43,032 nucleotides of DNA from Eubacteriales bacterium (lineage in GTDB: Bacteria; Bacillota; Clostridia; Oscillospirales; CAG-272). This document shows, one piece after another, positions 1-8,419 of this stretch. The stretch spans positions 1 through 43,032 of the forward strand of contig JAZSBB010000024.1 of the NCBI GenBank assembly GCA_045602185.1, in the 5' to 3' direction. The notes beneath the pieces are model-generated. The model was not told where the DNA came from. It made no database searches and was given only the letters and a program-made list of their open reading frames with translations. The position numbers were made by a program, and so were the translations under genes. Numbering within the stretch: the first letter of the stretch is position 1; every line of letters begins with the position of its first letter.

Positions 1-29
1 GGCGTTGGTGGATTTATTTCATTTCATAT
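1..29 (+). repeat. 29-bp direct repeat, copy 1 (GGCGTTGGTGGATTTATTTCATTTCATAT), identical to 1184..1212. It may extend left of the window.
   Basis: Base-by-base comparison with 1184..1212 gives 29/29 identity. The sequences diverge immediately to the right of both copies. Confidence 0.9.
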
Positions 30-212
30 TGAGTAATACGAGATATTTCATAATTGTCGTAAGACAATTATTTCACGTTCGGCAAAGCCGAACATTTCAT
101 TTAATAAAGATACTGTGTGGGGGCGTGATAGAGAAAAGAAAACTTTTGTTTACAAAAGCGTGTTACTTTTGCTAAAATTAGACGAGAAAGCGAGAGCGTA
201 ACATGTTTTTTG

Positions 213-241
213 TTGAAATGCGATAGGTTATTTGATATAAT
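213..241 (+). promoter_or_regulatory. Sigma-70/SigA-type promoter for the XRE-family gene (TTGAAA-17 nt-TATAAT)
   Basis: TTGAAA at 213-218 and TATAAT at 236-241 with a 17-nt spacer, about 25 nt upstream of the ATG at 266. Confidence 0.6.
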
Positions 242-265
242 TTCTTTATATCGGAGGAATTTTAT

Positions 266-1060
266 ATGTATTTCAAGGATAGATTGAAACTCGCAAGAAA
301 AGAACGTGGGCTTACGCAGAAGGAGCTCAGCGAAGCTATATACGTAAGTCGCAGCGCCGTTGCAAAATGGGAAAACGGACTGGGTTTGCCAAGCCCTGCT
401 TCTTATGAGTGTTTAATTAATTATTTGGGAGTCAGTAAGGAAGATTTTCCCCTTGACGAGCAAAAGGAAAGAATAATTGTATCACAAAATATCCGCAAAG
501 CTTTTATTAAGAATATAATTTTTGGGTGCGCCGTTTTGGTTTTGAGTGCTGTTCCCTTCGTTTTAATAGATGCAACGTTACATGGGTACGGATTTACCTC
601 TAAAATGGCTGCCGGAAAGGTTTGGGAGGATAACGAGGTCATCGAATGCCGAGACTATGATTTTTATATTTCAACAATGGATATCGTAAACGGAGATAGC
701 GGTGAGTTGATTAAAACAGAAATAGTCGATATTCTAGTCGTGAAAAAACGTTTTTTTGGATTTTTGAAAACCGATATATCGAGCCTGAAAAAATCCGTCA
801 TATATCAGGCTGACGGTGAAGAATACGGAAGCTTATATTCCTTTTTGACCGAAAACGAAAGCGGTGAGGAGGTATATTATAATTTTCTTTTTCAGAGTAA
901 AAATTTTGACGCCGAGAATTTCGAAGGATTTACTATGATACTATTTTCCGAGATAGAGTTTTGCGGAAAAAGAATACCGGTTATGCATAACGCTCATTTT
1001 ATAACCGATACTCCGGTTGACAAGTTTTTTATAAACGGAAAGGAATTGTGCGTGAAATGA
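266..1060 (+). CDS. Membrane-anchored XRE-family helix-turn-helix transcriptional regulator with an unassigned C-terminal domain
   Basis: ATG preceded by GGAGGA (253-258). The N-terminus (LTQKELSEAIYVSRSAVAKWENG) fits the Cro/C1-type HTH pattern. There is one hydrophobic span at about aa 81-101 (IKNIIFGCAVLVLSAVPFVLI), followed by a ~160-aa domain with no motif I recognise. Confidence 0.8.
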   Translation: MYFKDRLKLARKERGLTQKELSEAIYVSRSAVAKWENGLGLPSPASYECLINYLGVSKEDFPLDEQKERIIVSQNIRKAFIKNIIFGCAVLVLSAVPFVLIDATLHGYGFTSKMAAGKVWEDNEVIECRDYDFYISTMDIVNGDSGELIKTEIVDILVVKKRFFGFLKTDISSLKKSVIYQADGEEYGSLYSFLTENESGEEVYYNFLFQSKNFDAENFEGFTMILFSEIEFCGKRIPVMHNAHFITDTPVDKFFINGKELCVK

Positions 1061-1183
1061 TATTGGCTTTTGTCAGTTGATACTACAAACTTTCTCATTT
1101 GCACCTTCCCGGTATGTGCAGATAAAATACGGGTGCACAGCAGTTTAGCACAAATCCCTCTTGGGATTTGTGAAATGCCTGCG

Positions 1184-1212
1184 GGCGTTGGTGGATTTAT
1201 TTCATTTCATAT
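1184..1212 (+). repeat. 29-bp direct repeat, copy 2 (identical to 1..29)
   Basis: 29/29 identity to 1..29. It sits 10 nt upstream of the -35 box of the next gene. Confidence 0.9.
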
Positions 1213-1221
1213 CACGTCAGC

Positions 1222-1250
1222 TTGACAAACTCCGCAACATGTATTAAAAT
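1222..1250 (+). promoter_or_regulatory. Sigma-70/SigA-type promoter (TTGACA-17 nt-TAAAAT) for the DUF4886-like gene
   Basis: TTGACA at 1222-1227 and TAAAAT at 1245-1250 with a 17-nt spacer. This placement argues against the TTG at 1254 as the start codon. Confidence 0.6.
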
Positions 1251-1286
1251 ATTTTGGAGAATACTTTAGGCGGTGAGGACGGCAAT

Positions 1287-2009
1287 ATGAAAATTCTTTC
1301 TATTGGAAACAGCTTTTCAAACGATGCGCACAGATATCTAAATAAAATTTCAGAGGCGGCAGGTAATCCAATAAAGACGGTTAATCTTTACATAGGCGGC
1401 TGCAGCCTCAAGACACACTATATTAATATGCTCGAAAATGCAAGAAATTACGAGCTTCAGCTTAACGGTGAGGATTCGAGAATCTTCGTTTCAATAAAGG
1501 AAGCCTTAAAAAGCGACAGCTGGGATTACGTTACGCTTCAGCAAGTAAGCACGGATTCCGTGAATTTCGAAAGCTATCAGCCGTATTTATCTGCGCTTTG
1601 CGAATACGCAAAGAGGTACGCTCCCGGCGCAAAGATAATCATTCATCAAACCTGGGCTTACAGTGAAGACGTGGTTAAAAAAAGCGGTGTTGCCGAAAAT
1701 TCAAAAAAGATGCTTCTTGCCCTCAAAAGAGCATATGCTCTTGCGGCTGAGGCGATAGACGCTGATGGAATAATTCCCTGCGGAGAGGCGATAGCCGCTC
1801 TTATCGAAAACGGAATTTCTTCTCCCTACCGTGACGGATACCATCTCTCGCTTGGGGAAGGCAGACTTCTTGCGGCGCTTTTATGGTACTGCTATTTCAC
1901 AAACGAAAATCCCTATAGCGTACCGATTGTGCCTCTTGACGTTGAGGTGAGCCCGGAAAACGCTGACACAGTTCGCAAGACGGTTGCCGAAATTCTTTCG
2001 GCAAAATAA
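1287..2009 (+). CDS. DUF4886-like SGNH-fold hydrolase (putative esterase)
   Basis: ATG at 1287 follows GGTGAGGA. The N-terminal MKILSIGNSFSNDAHRYL motif and the later DGYHLS motif resemble DUF4886/SGNH hydrolases. The ORF-track start at 1254 is a TTG inside the predicted promoter/TSS region. Confidence 0.75.
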   Translation: MKILSIGNSFSNDAHRYLNKISEAAGNPIKTVNLYIGGCSLKTHYINMLENARNYELQLNGEDSRIFVSIKEALKSDSWDYVTLQQVSTDSVNFESYQPYLSALCEYAKRYAPGAKIIIHQTWAYSEDVVKKSGVAENSKKMLLALKRAYALAAEAIDADGIIPCGEAIAALIENGISSPYRDGYHLSLGEGRLLAALLWYCYFTNENPYSVPIVPLDVEVSPENADTVRKTVAEILSAK

Positions 2010-2025
2010 GAAAAAATGAAAACAT

Positions 2026-2063
2026 AAAAAACGGGGCACTGTTACAGTATGCCCCGTTTTTTT
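2026..2063. terminator. Bidirectional rho-independent terminator between convergent genes
   Basis: 8-bp stem ACGGGGCA (2031-2038) / TGCCCCGT (2050-2057), with an A-run upstream and a T-run downstream. Confidence 0.85.
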
Positions 2064-2095
2064 GTTCCTTAATGGTTGAATTGTTATATTTTTCG

Positions 2096-3379
2096 CTATT
2101 TTATGATAATTTTTGAGTCCTCAAAGCTGATGCTTGAGCCGTAAAATCCACAGAGTCCCGAAATCATTTCAATGACGTCCGAGAGCGCTGCGCTTTCAAC
2201 CGCAGAATGCATAGCAAGCTGAGGAAGGCCTATATCTACGCTGGAAACGGAAACCTTCGTGTTTGCTATTGAACCGAGGGTTGAGCCTCCCGGCAAATCC
2301 GCTCTATTATAGTAATGCTGAGTTTTTGCTCCCGCTCTTTTGCATATTTCTGAGAATACCGCCTCGGATACGGCATCGGTGGTATAGCGCTGATTTGCAT
2401 TATGCTTTATAACTATTCCGCCTGAGAGGACGGGTGCGTTTGCCGGGTCGGAAAGCTCAGGGTGAGCCGGGTGCTTTGCGTGAGCGTTGTCTGCGCTTAC
2501 CATAAATGACGAGCTAAGCGCTCGGAGATAGCCCTCTTTGCTTTCCGATATGCGTTCAAGGGTATCGGAAAGGAAGGTTGAATTTGCGCCCTGCTTAGTG
2601 GAGGAGCCAACCTCCTCGTTATCAAAGACCGCAAGAACCTTACAAGCCTCTGTTGGCTTTGACGAAAGAAATGCCTCAAGGGACGCATATACGCAACCGA
2701 GATTATCAAGCCTTGGAGCAAGAATGATATCGGAATCCGCTCCTATAACGGCGCCCTTTTCCCTTACGTATAGGTAGGTATCGTGGGAAAGGATTTTTTC
2801 CTCGTCTACCGAAAACTCCCTTGAAAGATAAGAGCGGAGAGTTTCGTTTTTATCAAGAGAGAAAAGAGGATATAGGTCAACTGCCGGATTGGGCGCAAAG
2901 CCATCGTTGACCTTATTTGAAAGGTGAATCGCTACGCTTGGTATTACTAGCAAATCTCTGTCTATATTGAAAAGCTTTTGCACAATTCCCGCTTCCGACT
3001 TCAAAAGCACTCTGCCCGCTATTGAAAGCGGCCTATCAAACCAGGAATACATTATCATTGAGCCGTACCTTTCAACTGAAAGGCGGTTGTAGGCGCCAAC
3101 GCACTCCTCTTTAACCTTGAAGGCGGGAGAATCGCTATGCGATGCGCAAATCATAAAGGGCGCTCCGCTATCCCCGACAACGAAGGCTATAATTGACGAA
3201 AAATTTCTCGTTACAAAATATTTTCCGCCCTTGGTAAGAGTCCATTTTTCCGACTCCAAAAGAGGAACAAATCCATTTGCGATAAGACGCTCGGAAACGT
3301 TTTTTACCGTGTGGTAAGCGGTGGGAGAGGCTGATATAAAATCAAAAATCCCACTTTTTAAAGCGTTTTTATCTGACAT
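2096..3379 (-). CDS. M18-family aminopeptidase (aspartyl-aminopeptidase-like)
   Basis: Motifs FDNEEVGSSTKQGA and SADNAHAKHP are typical of M18. I prefer the ATG at 3379 (MSDKNALK...) because ACGGAG lies 6 nt upstream. The ORF-track start at 3418 has no RBS. Confidence 0.85.
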   Translation of the reverse strand: MSDKNALKSGIFDFISASPTAYHTVKNVSERLIANGFVPLLESEKWTLTKGGKYFVTRNFSSIIAFVVGDSGAPFMICASHSDSPAFKVKEECVGAYNRLSVERYGSMIMYSWFDRPLSIAGRVLLKSEAGIVQKLFNIDRDLLVIPSVAIHLSNKVNDGFAPNPAVDLYPLFSLDKNETLRSYLSREFSVDEEKILSHDTYLYVREKGAVIGADSDIILAPRLDNLGCVYASLEAFLSSKPTEACKVLAVFDNEEVGSSTKQGANSTFLSDTLERISESKEGYLRALSSSFMVSADNAHAKHPAHPELSDPANAPVLSGGIVIKHNANQRYTTDAVSEAVFSEICKRAGAKTQHYYNRADLPGGSTLGSIANTKVSVSSVDIGLPQLAMHSAVESAALSDVIEMISGLCGFYGSSISFEDSKIIIK

Positions 3380-3557
3380 AAAAAACTCCGTTCTGCCAGG
3401 TATAGAAGCGCAATCCAACCGGAATACGCTTGACTATGCGGCCATACAAATTTTGCTTTGCAAATTTGATTTTCAAAGACTTTAAGGTATTTTAGCTAAT
3501 CAGTCTTATGTTTTTCTAATATTCTACTACTTTTGCCTTAAAATGTCAACTTTACGC

Positions 3558-3586
3558 TTGAAAATTATTGAAATTTAGTTTAGAAT
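3558..3586 (+). promoter_or_regulatory. Sigma-70/SigA-type promoter (TTGAAA-17 nt-TAGAAT) for pepD and the M29 aminopeptidase gene
   Basis: TTGAAA at 3558-3563 and TAGAAT at 3581-3586 with a 17-nt spacer, 30 nt upstream of the ATG at 3617. Confidence 0.55.
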
Positions 3587-3616
3587 ATTATAAGAAATAA
3601 GGATAGGAGAAGCTTT

Positions 3617-5020
3617 ATGCCGGATTTTTCAGAATACGGAGACGCAAAGCGGGTATTCTACTTTTTTGAGGAGATATCAAAAATTCCGAGAGGCTCGGGG
3701 AATACCGAAAAAATTGCCGATTATATCGAAGCCTTCGCAAAGGAACGCAAGCTTTTTTACCGCCGTGACGGAGCAAATAACGTAGTTATAAAGAAGATTG
3801 GCTCGTGCGGCAGAGAAAACGAAGCGCCCGTTATATTGCAGGGGCATACCGATATGGTTATTGCAACCGAGGACTCCGTAAAAAGAGATATGGAGTCCGA
3901 GGGACTTATGCTTTATATTGATGGAGAATATCTGAGAGCAAAAGGTACTACGCTTGGCGCAGATGACGGAATTGCTGTTGCTTATATGCTTGCGCTTCTT
4001 GACTCAAACGATATTTCGAACCCTCCGCTTGAGGCCGTTTTTACCTCGGACGAGGAAATAGGACTTATAGGGGCAGGAGCGCTCGATACCTCTATTCTTT
4101 GCGGAAGGACTATGATTAATCTCGACTCGGATGAGGAGGGCGTATTTATTGCAGGGTGCGCCGGAGGCAGAAGGGTGGATGTTTCCGTAAGCGCTGAGGC
4201 AAAGGCTAATCCCTATGCTTACAAGCTGAGCGTTTTGGGGCTCAGCGGCGGACATAGCGGTATGGAAATCGCAAACGGCAGAGAAAACGCCATTAAAATT
4301 TTGGGAGAGCTTATTCCCGAGGGCGCAAGAATCGGACAAATCAGCGGAGGAAACGCAGACAACGCTATTCCGAGATATGCTGAATGCCTGATTTATCCCA
4401 AGGGGGATATTGAAAAAAGAATAGAAATGGCTTTTCTGAAATATTTAAAAAACGAGCCGGGCTTAGAGATAAAATGCGAAAAATGCGAAAACGGAGCGGC
4501 GCTTTTCTCGGATGCCGACTCAAAGAAAGTCAAAGAAATTATCTGCCGTGCCGACTCCGGCGTTATAGCTATGAATAAGGATATCCCGACACTCGTTGAT
4601 ACCTCGCAAAATCTCGGAGTTATAAGGACACGTGAGCGTTCAGTGGACATCTCCTTTTCCGTAAGAAGCTCAAGCGAAAACGAAAAGGAAGCCGCAGTGA
4701 CAAAGCTTTCCGCTATTGCAAGGGAATACGGAGCAAGTCTCTCGCAGCACGGCGATTATCCCGGCTGGGAATACAAAAGCAAATCACGAATAAGAGAGAT
4801 TTTTTCCTCGGCGTACGAAAGGCTTTTTGGAAAAAAGCCCCAGACGCTTATAATACACGCAGGGCTTGAATGCGGTATTTTTTGCGGAAAAATAGCGGGA
4901 CTTGACTGCATATCGCTGGGCCCGAAAAACCTCGATATACACACCACCGAGGAAAGATTATCCATCCCCTCTGCCGTACGGTACTGGGAACTGGTGAAGC
5001 AAGCTTTAAAGAATATATAA
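3617..5020 (+). CDS. pepD: Aminoacyl-histidine (Xaa-His) dipeptidase, M20C family
   Basis: AGGAGAA RBS. Motifs LQGHTDMV, GADDGIAVA and FTSDEEIGL, and the ~470-aa length, match PepD-type M20 dipeptidases. Confidence 0.88.
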   Translation: MPDFSEYGDAKRVFYFFEEISKIPRGSGNTEKIADYIEAFAKERKLFYRRDGANNVVIKKIGSCGRENEAPVILQGHTDMVIATEDSVKRDMESEGLMLYIDGEYLRAKGTTLGADDGIAVAYMLALLDSNDISNPPLEAVFTSDEEIGLIGAGALDTSILCGRTMINLDSDEEGVFIAGCAGGRRVDVSVSAEAKANPYAYKLSVLGLSGGHSGMEIANGRENAIKILGELIPEGARIGQISGGNADNAIPRYAECLIYPKGDIEKRIEMAFLKYLKNEPGLEIKCEKCENGAALFSDADSKKVKEIICRADSGVIAMNKDIPTLVDTSQNLGVIRTRERSVDISFSVRSSSENEKEAAVTKLSAIAREYGASLSQHGDYPGWEYKSKSRIREIFSSAYERLFGKKPQTLIIHAGLECGIFCGKIAGLDCISLGPKNLDIHTTEERLSIPSAVRYWELVKQALKNI

Positions 5021-5037
5021 AAAGGCGGAAAAACAAA

Positions 5038-6264
5038 ATGAAAAAGACAAGACTTAAAAAATACGCACAGCTTATAGCTAAGGTTGGCGCAAACGTTCAG
5101 AATGGACAAAACGTTATTATACAGTGTGAGCTTGACCAGCCCGAATTCGTTGAAATGCTGGTGAATGAATGCTATAAGGCAGGGGCAAGACGGGTTTTCG
5201 TTGAATGGATGCATCAGCCTCTTACAAAGTACACCGTAAGACACTGCTCGCAAAAGACGCTCGGCTCGCTTGAGGACTGGCAAATTCAAAAATGGGAATG
5301 GCAGGCAGAAACGCTTCCCGCTAAAATTTATCTGATGTCCGAGGACCCTGACGGACTTGCCGGAATAAATCAGAAAAAGTTTGCAGCAGCGAACGCAAAG
5401 CGCTCAAAGGTTATAAAGCCCATACGCAACAAAATGGAAAACAAGTATCAGTGGTGCATAGCTGCTGTTCCCGGCAAGGACTGGGCTAAAAAGGTTTTCC
5501 CGAATATGAGAACGAGCGTTGCGGTTGAAAAGCTTTGGGAGGCTATACTCGATTCTTCCAGAGTATATGAAAATCCTATTGAGGAATGGGAAAAGCATAA
5601 CAAAAATCTCGCAGAAAAATGCGAATACCTCAATTCTCTAAAAATTAAGGAGCTTAAATACAAGTCGAAGAACGGCACCGACCTCAGAGTCGGTATGATT
5701 CCCGATGCGCTTTTCTGCGCAGGCGGAGAAAGGACTCTCGGCAAGGGCGTTTATTTCAATCCCAACATTCCTACGGAAGAGGCGTTTACCTCTCCTATGA
5801 AGGGCGATGCTGACGGAATAGTTTATTCCTCCCTTCCCCTCTCTCACGATGGACAGATTATAGAAGATTTCTGGTTCAGATTTGAGGGCGGAAAAATCGT
5901 TGACCTCGGCGCTGGGACCGGCGAGGAGGTTTTGCGTGAAATGATTGCTATGGACGAAGGCGCTCCTTATCTTGGAGAGGTTGCTCTCGTTCCTTATTCT
6001 TCACCGATACGACGCAGCGGTATTCTTTTCTACAACACCCTTTTTGACGAGAACGCAGCCTGCCACCTTGCTATCGGCAGAGGCTTTTCAAACGTTCTTA
6101 GGGATTACGAGAAATATACCGAAAAAGAGGCGCACGAAAAGGGAATCAACGATTCTATAATTCACGTTGACTTTATGATAGGAACGGGCGACCTTTCCAT
6201 AACCGCCGTTACAAGTGACGGAAAAGAGGTCAGCATATTCACTGACGGCGAATGGAGCTTTTGA
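5038..6264 (+). CDS. M29-family aminopeptidase (AmpS/PepS/aminopeptidase-T-like)
   Basis: Starts 17 nt after the pepD stop. The N-terminus (LKKYAQLIAKVGANVQNGQNV) and the motifs PYLGEVALV, HLAIGRGF and IHVDFMIG are typical of M29. Confidence 0.88.
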   Translation: MKKTRLKKYAQLIAKVGANVQNGQNVIIQCELDQPEFVEMLVNECYKAGARRVFVEWMHQPLTKYTVRHCSQKTLGSLEDWQIQKWEWQAETLPAKIYLMSEDPDGLAGINQKKFAAANAKRSKVIKPIRNKMENKYQWCIAAVPGKDWAKKVFPNMRTSVAVEKLWEAILDSSRVYENPIEEWEKHNKNLAEKCEYLNSLKIKELKYKSKNGTDLRVGMIPDALFCAGGERTLGKGVYFNPNIPTEEAFTSPMKGDADGIVYSSLPLSHDGQIIEDFWFRFEGGKIVDLGAGTGEEVLREMIAMDEGAPYLGEVALVPYSSPIRRSGILFYNTLFDENAACHLAIGRGFSNVLRDYEKYTEKEAHEKGINDSIIHVDFMIGTGDLSITAVTSDGKEVSIFTDGEWSF

Positions 6265-6284
6265 TATATAACGGATTTTTTCAT

Positions 6285-6378
6285 AAAAACAGGCAGAGGG
6301 GCTATGCATTGATATGCACCAAAGAGCCGAACGCTTTTTAAGGTGAGTATCATCAACGCATATTCTCTGCCTGTTTTT
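6285..6378. terminator. 14-bp perfect inverted repeat with a 66-nt spacer; probable bidirectional terminator between convergent genes
   Basis: AAAAACAGGCAGAG (6285-6298) is the exact reverse complement of CTCTGCCTGTTTTT (6365-6378). A- and T-runs flank it on both sides. The spacer contains a small TGCAT/ATGCA hairpin. Confidence 0.6.
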
Positions 6379-6442
6379 TGGGTTATGCCTTCGGGCGACC
6401 GACTTTTACTTTGAGCCGTGACGCACCAAGGCTTCGCTTAAT

Positions 6443-8416
6443 TTAAACGGTTAGCCATTTGAAGCTGACGTTTTTGAGAGAAGCTCCGTTTACGGTAGCA
6501 AAAGGCACTCCCGCAGTGTTCCAATAGCTTTCGAATTTGAATATATTCGTCTTGCCCGGAACGTATTTTTTCTCTCCCGCAGACATCATAGCTATACTTG
6601 CGATATTATTTCTGACGTGGATTCTGAGATTAATTATATCCTTCATTAATATGGGGTTATCTACTCTTGATATAAGAATCTCTTTTCCCTCGTTTACGGT
6701 ATAGACGCTGACGTAATCGTTATCAACCTTAACGTAGCTCGTGCCGACTCCGTCAATTTCTCCGCCTATTTTTATCTCTGCGGAAAGCTCGTCTTCAAAG
6801 TCTGCCGAGAAGGTAAAGACCTGCTCGTCTTTCGCTTTTTCGTCAGCGGGTACGTATATTTTTTCGCCGGAGTCAAGCTCTGCGACAGCCTTTTCGTACC
6901 TATTTGCCTTCGCTCCGCACATAAGCTCCGGAAAATCGCAAAGGAATTGCAAATAAAATCCTCTTGCGCCTAAGTTGCTTGGGTGAACGTTATCCGAAGA
7001 AATCATATGCTCATACCAATCTGACATAGGTCTTTTTCCGTCTATCGCTCTCGCTATATCTATTACCTTATAATCGTAATCTGCGAACTTACCCCTGCGG
7101 TTTACTACGTAATCAAGCTTATAGGAATTGTTAAATAGCGGTGTGTTTGGCATATCCATAACGTAGAGCGATATGCCGTTATCCTTGCATATCTGCATAA
7201 GCTCAAGAAGCGACTCGTAATACGCAGGCTTTACGTCACCATCGTCAGAGCCGTCATTCATTCCGACTCCCCACGCAACGTACTTTGGTACGCATCCAGA
7301 TTTTAGCGCATCCTTCAGCTCCTGTATTCCCTCGGGGCCGTCCATTCCGCCCTTACCCGCAATAAATACGTTTTTATCGTATCTCTCGCTATAGAGATAG
7401 TAGGGCCAACGTGCCGGGTTATAAAGTGAGAAGAAGGAGGCGCCGATAAGCCATATATCCTTCGTGTAATCTACGCAAGTCCAGTTAAGCCTTGCGTCCT
7501 TTAAGATTACGCCGACCGACTTTGCGAAAGCTTCTCCGTTGCAGGAGTCCCACGCAAATCTGCGCTTTGTGAAGAATCCGCCGTCAGTTACTACCGTAAG
7601 AGTGTTTCCGAGATTATCCGCATCGGAGCCGATAATTACGGTTATATAGTTTTTAAGCTTCAAGCCGTGAGGAAGGGTGAACTGAGAGGTTAACGGAGTT
7701 TCCATCCAGCTTGCATATCCAAAGAACTGAACGGTATCCTTTTTTATTTCAATCCATCTGCCGTAGTCTCTGTAATATCCGTTTCCGACTATGAGCATCG
7801 AATCGTCATTCATTTCACCGAGCCTTGCGGAAAAGACCAGATGCTTTCCGTCTCTTACTCTGGTAAAGCCTGTTGTGATATAATCCGCCTTTGCGTTCAT
7901 TTCCTTTGCATAGGCTTTTCTTATCGGAACGGTAGGCGTTATCATTTCGGGGAAATCGACAAGCGCTCTTGCCGCCATAGACTTTGCGGCAGCCTCGGTA
8001 AAGATTGCGTTATTTTTTATGCCGTAGGCTGCGAAATCTATATATTTTTTGCCCGTTGCCTTTACTGCTTTATTATGCTCGGTATTTCTGTAATCGGTGG
8101 TGAGGACCGGCTCAACGCCACACTTTTCACAAAGTGAAACGAACGCCTCGCAGCTCTCGGTAAAAGACCATACCGCATAAAGAGGCTTACTGCTCTCAAG
8201 CGCCTCGCAAACATCGCTTAAAGCAGCCTCGGCGCTCTCGCACGAAAAGAGAAGAAATCCAAAAAAGCCCTCGCTAGTAAGCTGATACGTCCAGCTTTCC
8301 GCATTGACTGCCGAAATTTCGGAGCCGCCGATAATCCAAACCTTTTCATTTTTAGCTGCGATGTAGGAGAGCAAAAGCTGCTCTCCTTTTCCGTTCATTA
8401 CCGTCTTTGATTTCAT
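6443..8416 (-). CDS. Leaderless paralog of the SGNH-like lipoprotein (modules: degenerate SGNH-like A, beta-rich X, SGNH-like B, X)
   Basis: Aligns by eye with aa ~465-1126 of the 8420..11800 product, for example WTCVDYTKDIWLIGASFFS, WGVGMNDG, SSDNVHPSN and FYLQFLCDFPELM. The ATG at 8416 is preceded by GGGAGGA, which lies inside the end of the upstream gene. There is no signal peptide. Confidence 0.8.
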   Translation of the reverse strand: MKSKTVMNGKGEQLLLSYIAAKNEKVWIIGGSEISAVNAESWTYQLTSEGFFGFLLFSCESAEAALSDVCEALESSKPLYAVWSFTESCEAFVSLCEKCGVEPVLTTDYRNTEHNKAVKATGKKYIDFAAYGIKNNAIFTEAAAKSMAARALVDFPEMITPTVPIRKAYAKEMNAKADYITTGFTRVRDGKHLVFSARLGEMNDDSMLIVGNGYYRDYGRWIEIKKDTVQFFGYASWMETPLTSQFTLPHGLKLKNYITVIIGSDADNLGNTLTVVTDGGFFTKRRFAWDSCNGEAFAKSVGVILKDARLNWTCVDYTKDIWLIGASFFSLYNPARWPYYLYSERYDKNVFIAGKGGMDGPEGIQELKDALKSGCVPKYVAWGVGMNDGSDDGDVKPAYYESLLELMQICKDNGISLYVMDMPNTPLFNNSYKLDYVVNRRGKFADYDYKVIDIARAIDGKRPMSDWYEHMISSDNVHPSNLGARGFYLQFLCDFPELMCGAKANRYEKAVAELDSGEKIYVPADEKAKDEQVFTFSADFEDELSAEIKIGGEIDGVGTSYVKVDNDYVSVYTVNEGKEILISRVDNPILMKDIINLRIHVRNNIASIAMMSAGEKKYVPGKTNIFKFESYWNTAGVPFATVNGASLKNVSFKWLTV

Positions 8417-8419
8417 ATA

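Noticed and set aside
266-1060. XRE-family gene as a toxin-antitoxin antitoxin or prophage repressor
   Set aside because: There is no small partner ORF and no integrase or phage genes nearby. The protein is 264 aa with a TM segment, unlike HigA/MqsA-type antitoxins or CI repressors.
3469-3483. Possible CodY box (GATTTTCAAAGACTT) in the M18/pepD divergent promoter region
   Set aside because: It has four mismatches to AATTTTCWGAAAATT in an AT-rich region. That is too weak to call without a genome-wide motif model.
4756-5289. 177-aa minus-strand ORF spanning the pepD/M29 gene junction
   Set aside because: It overlaps two strongly supported plus-strand genes and has no RBS or motif.
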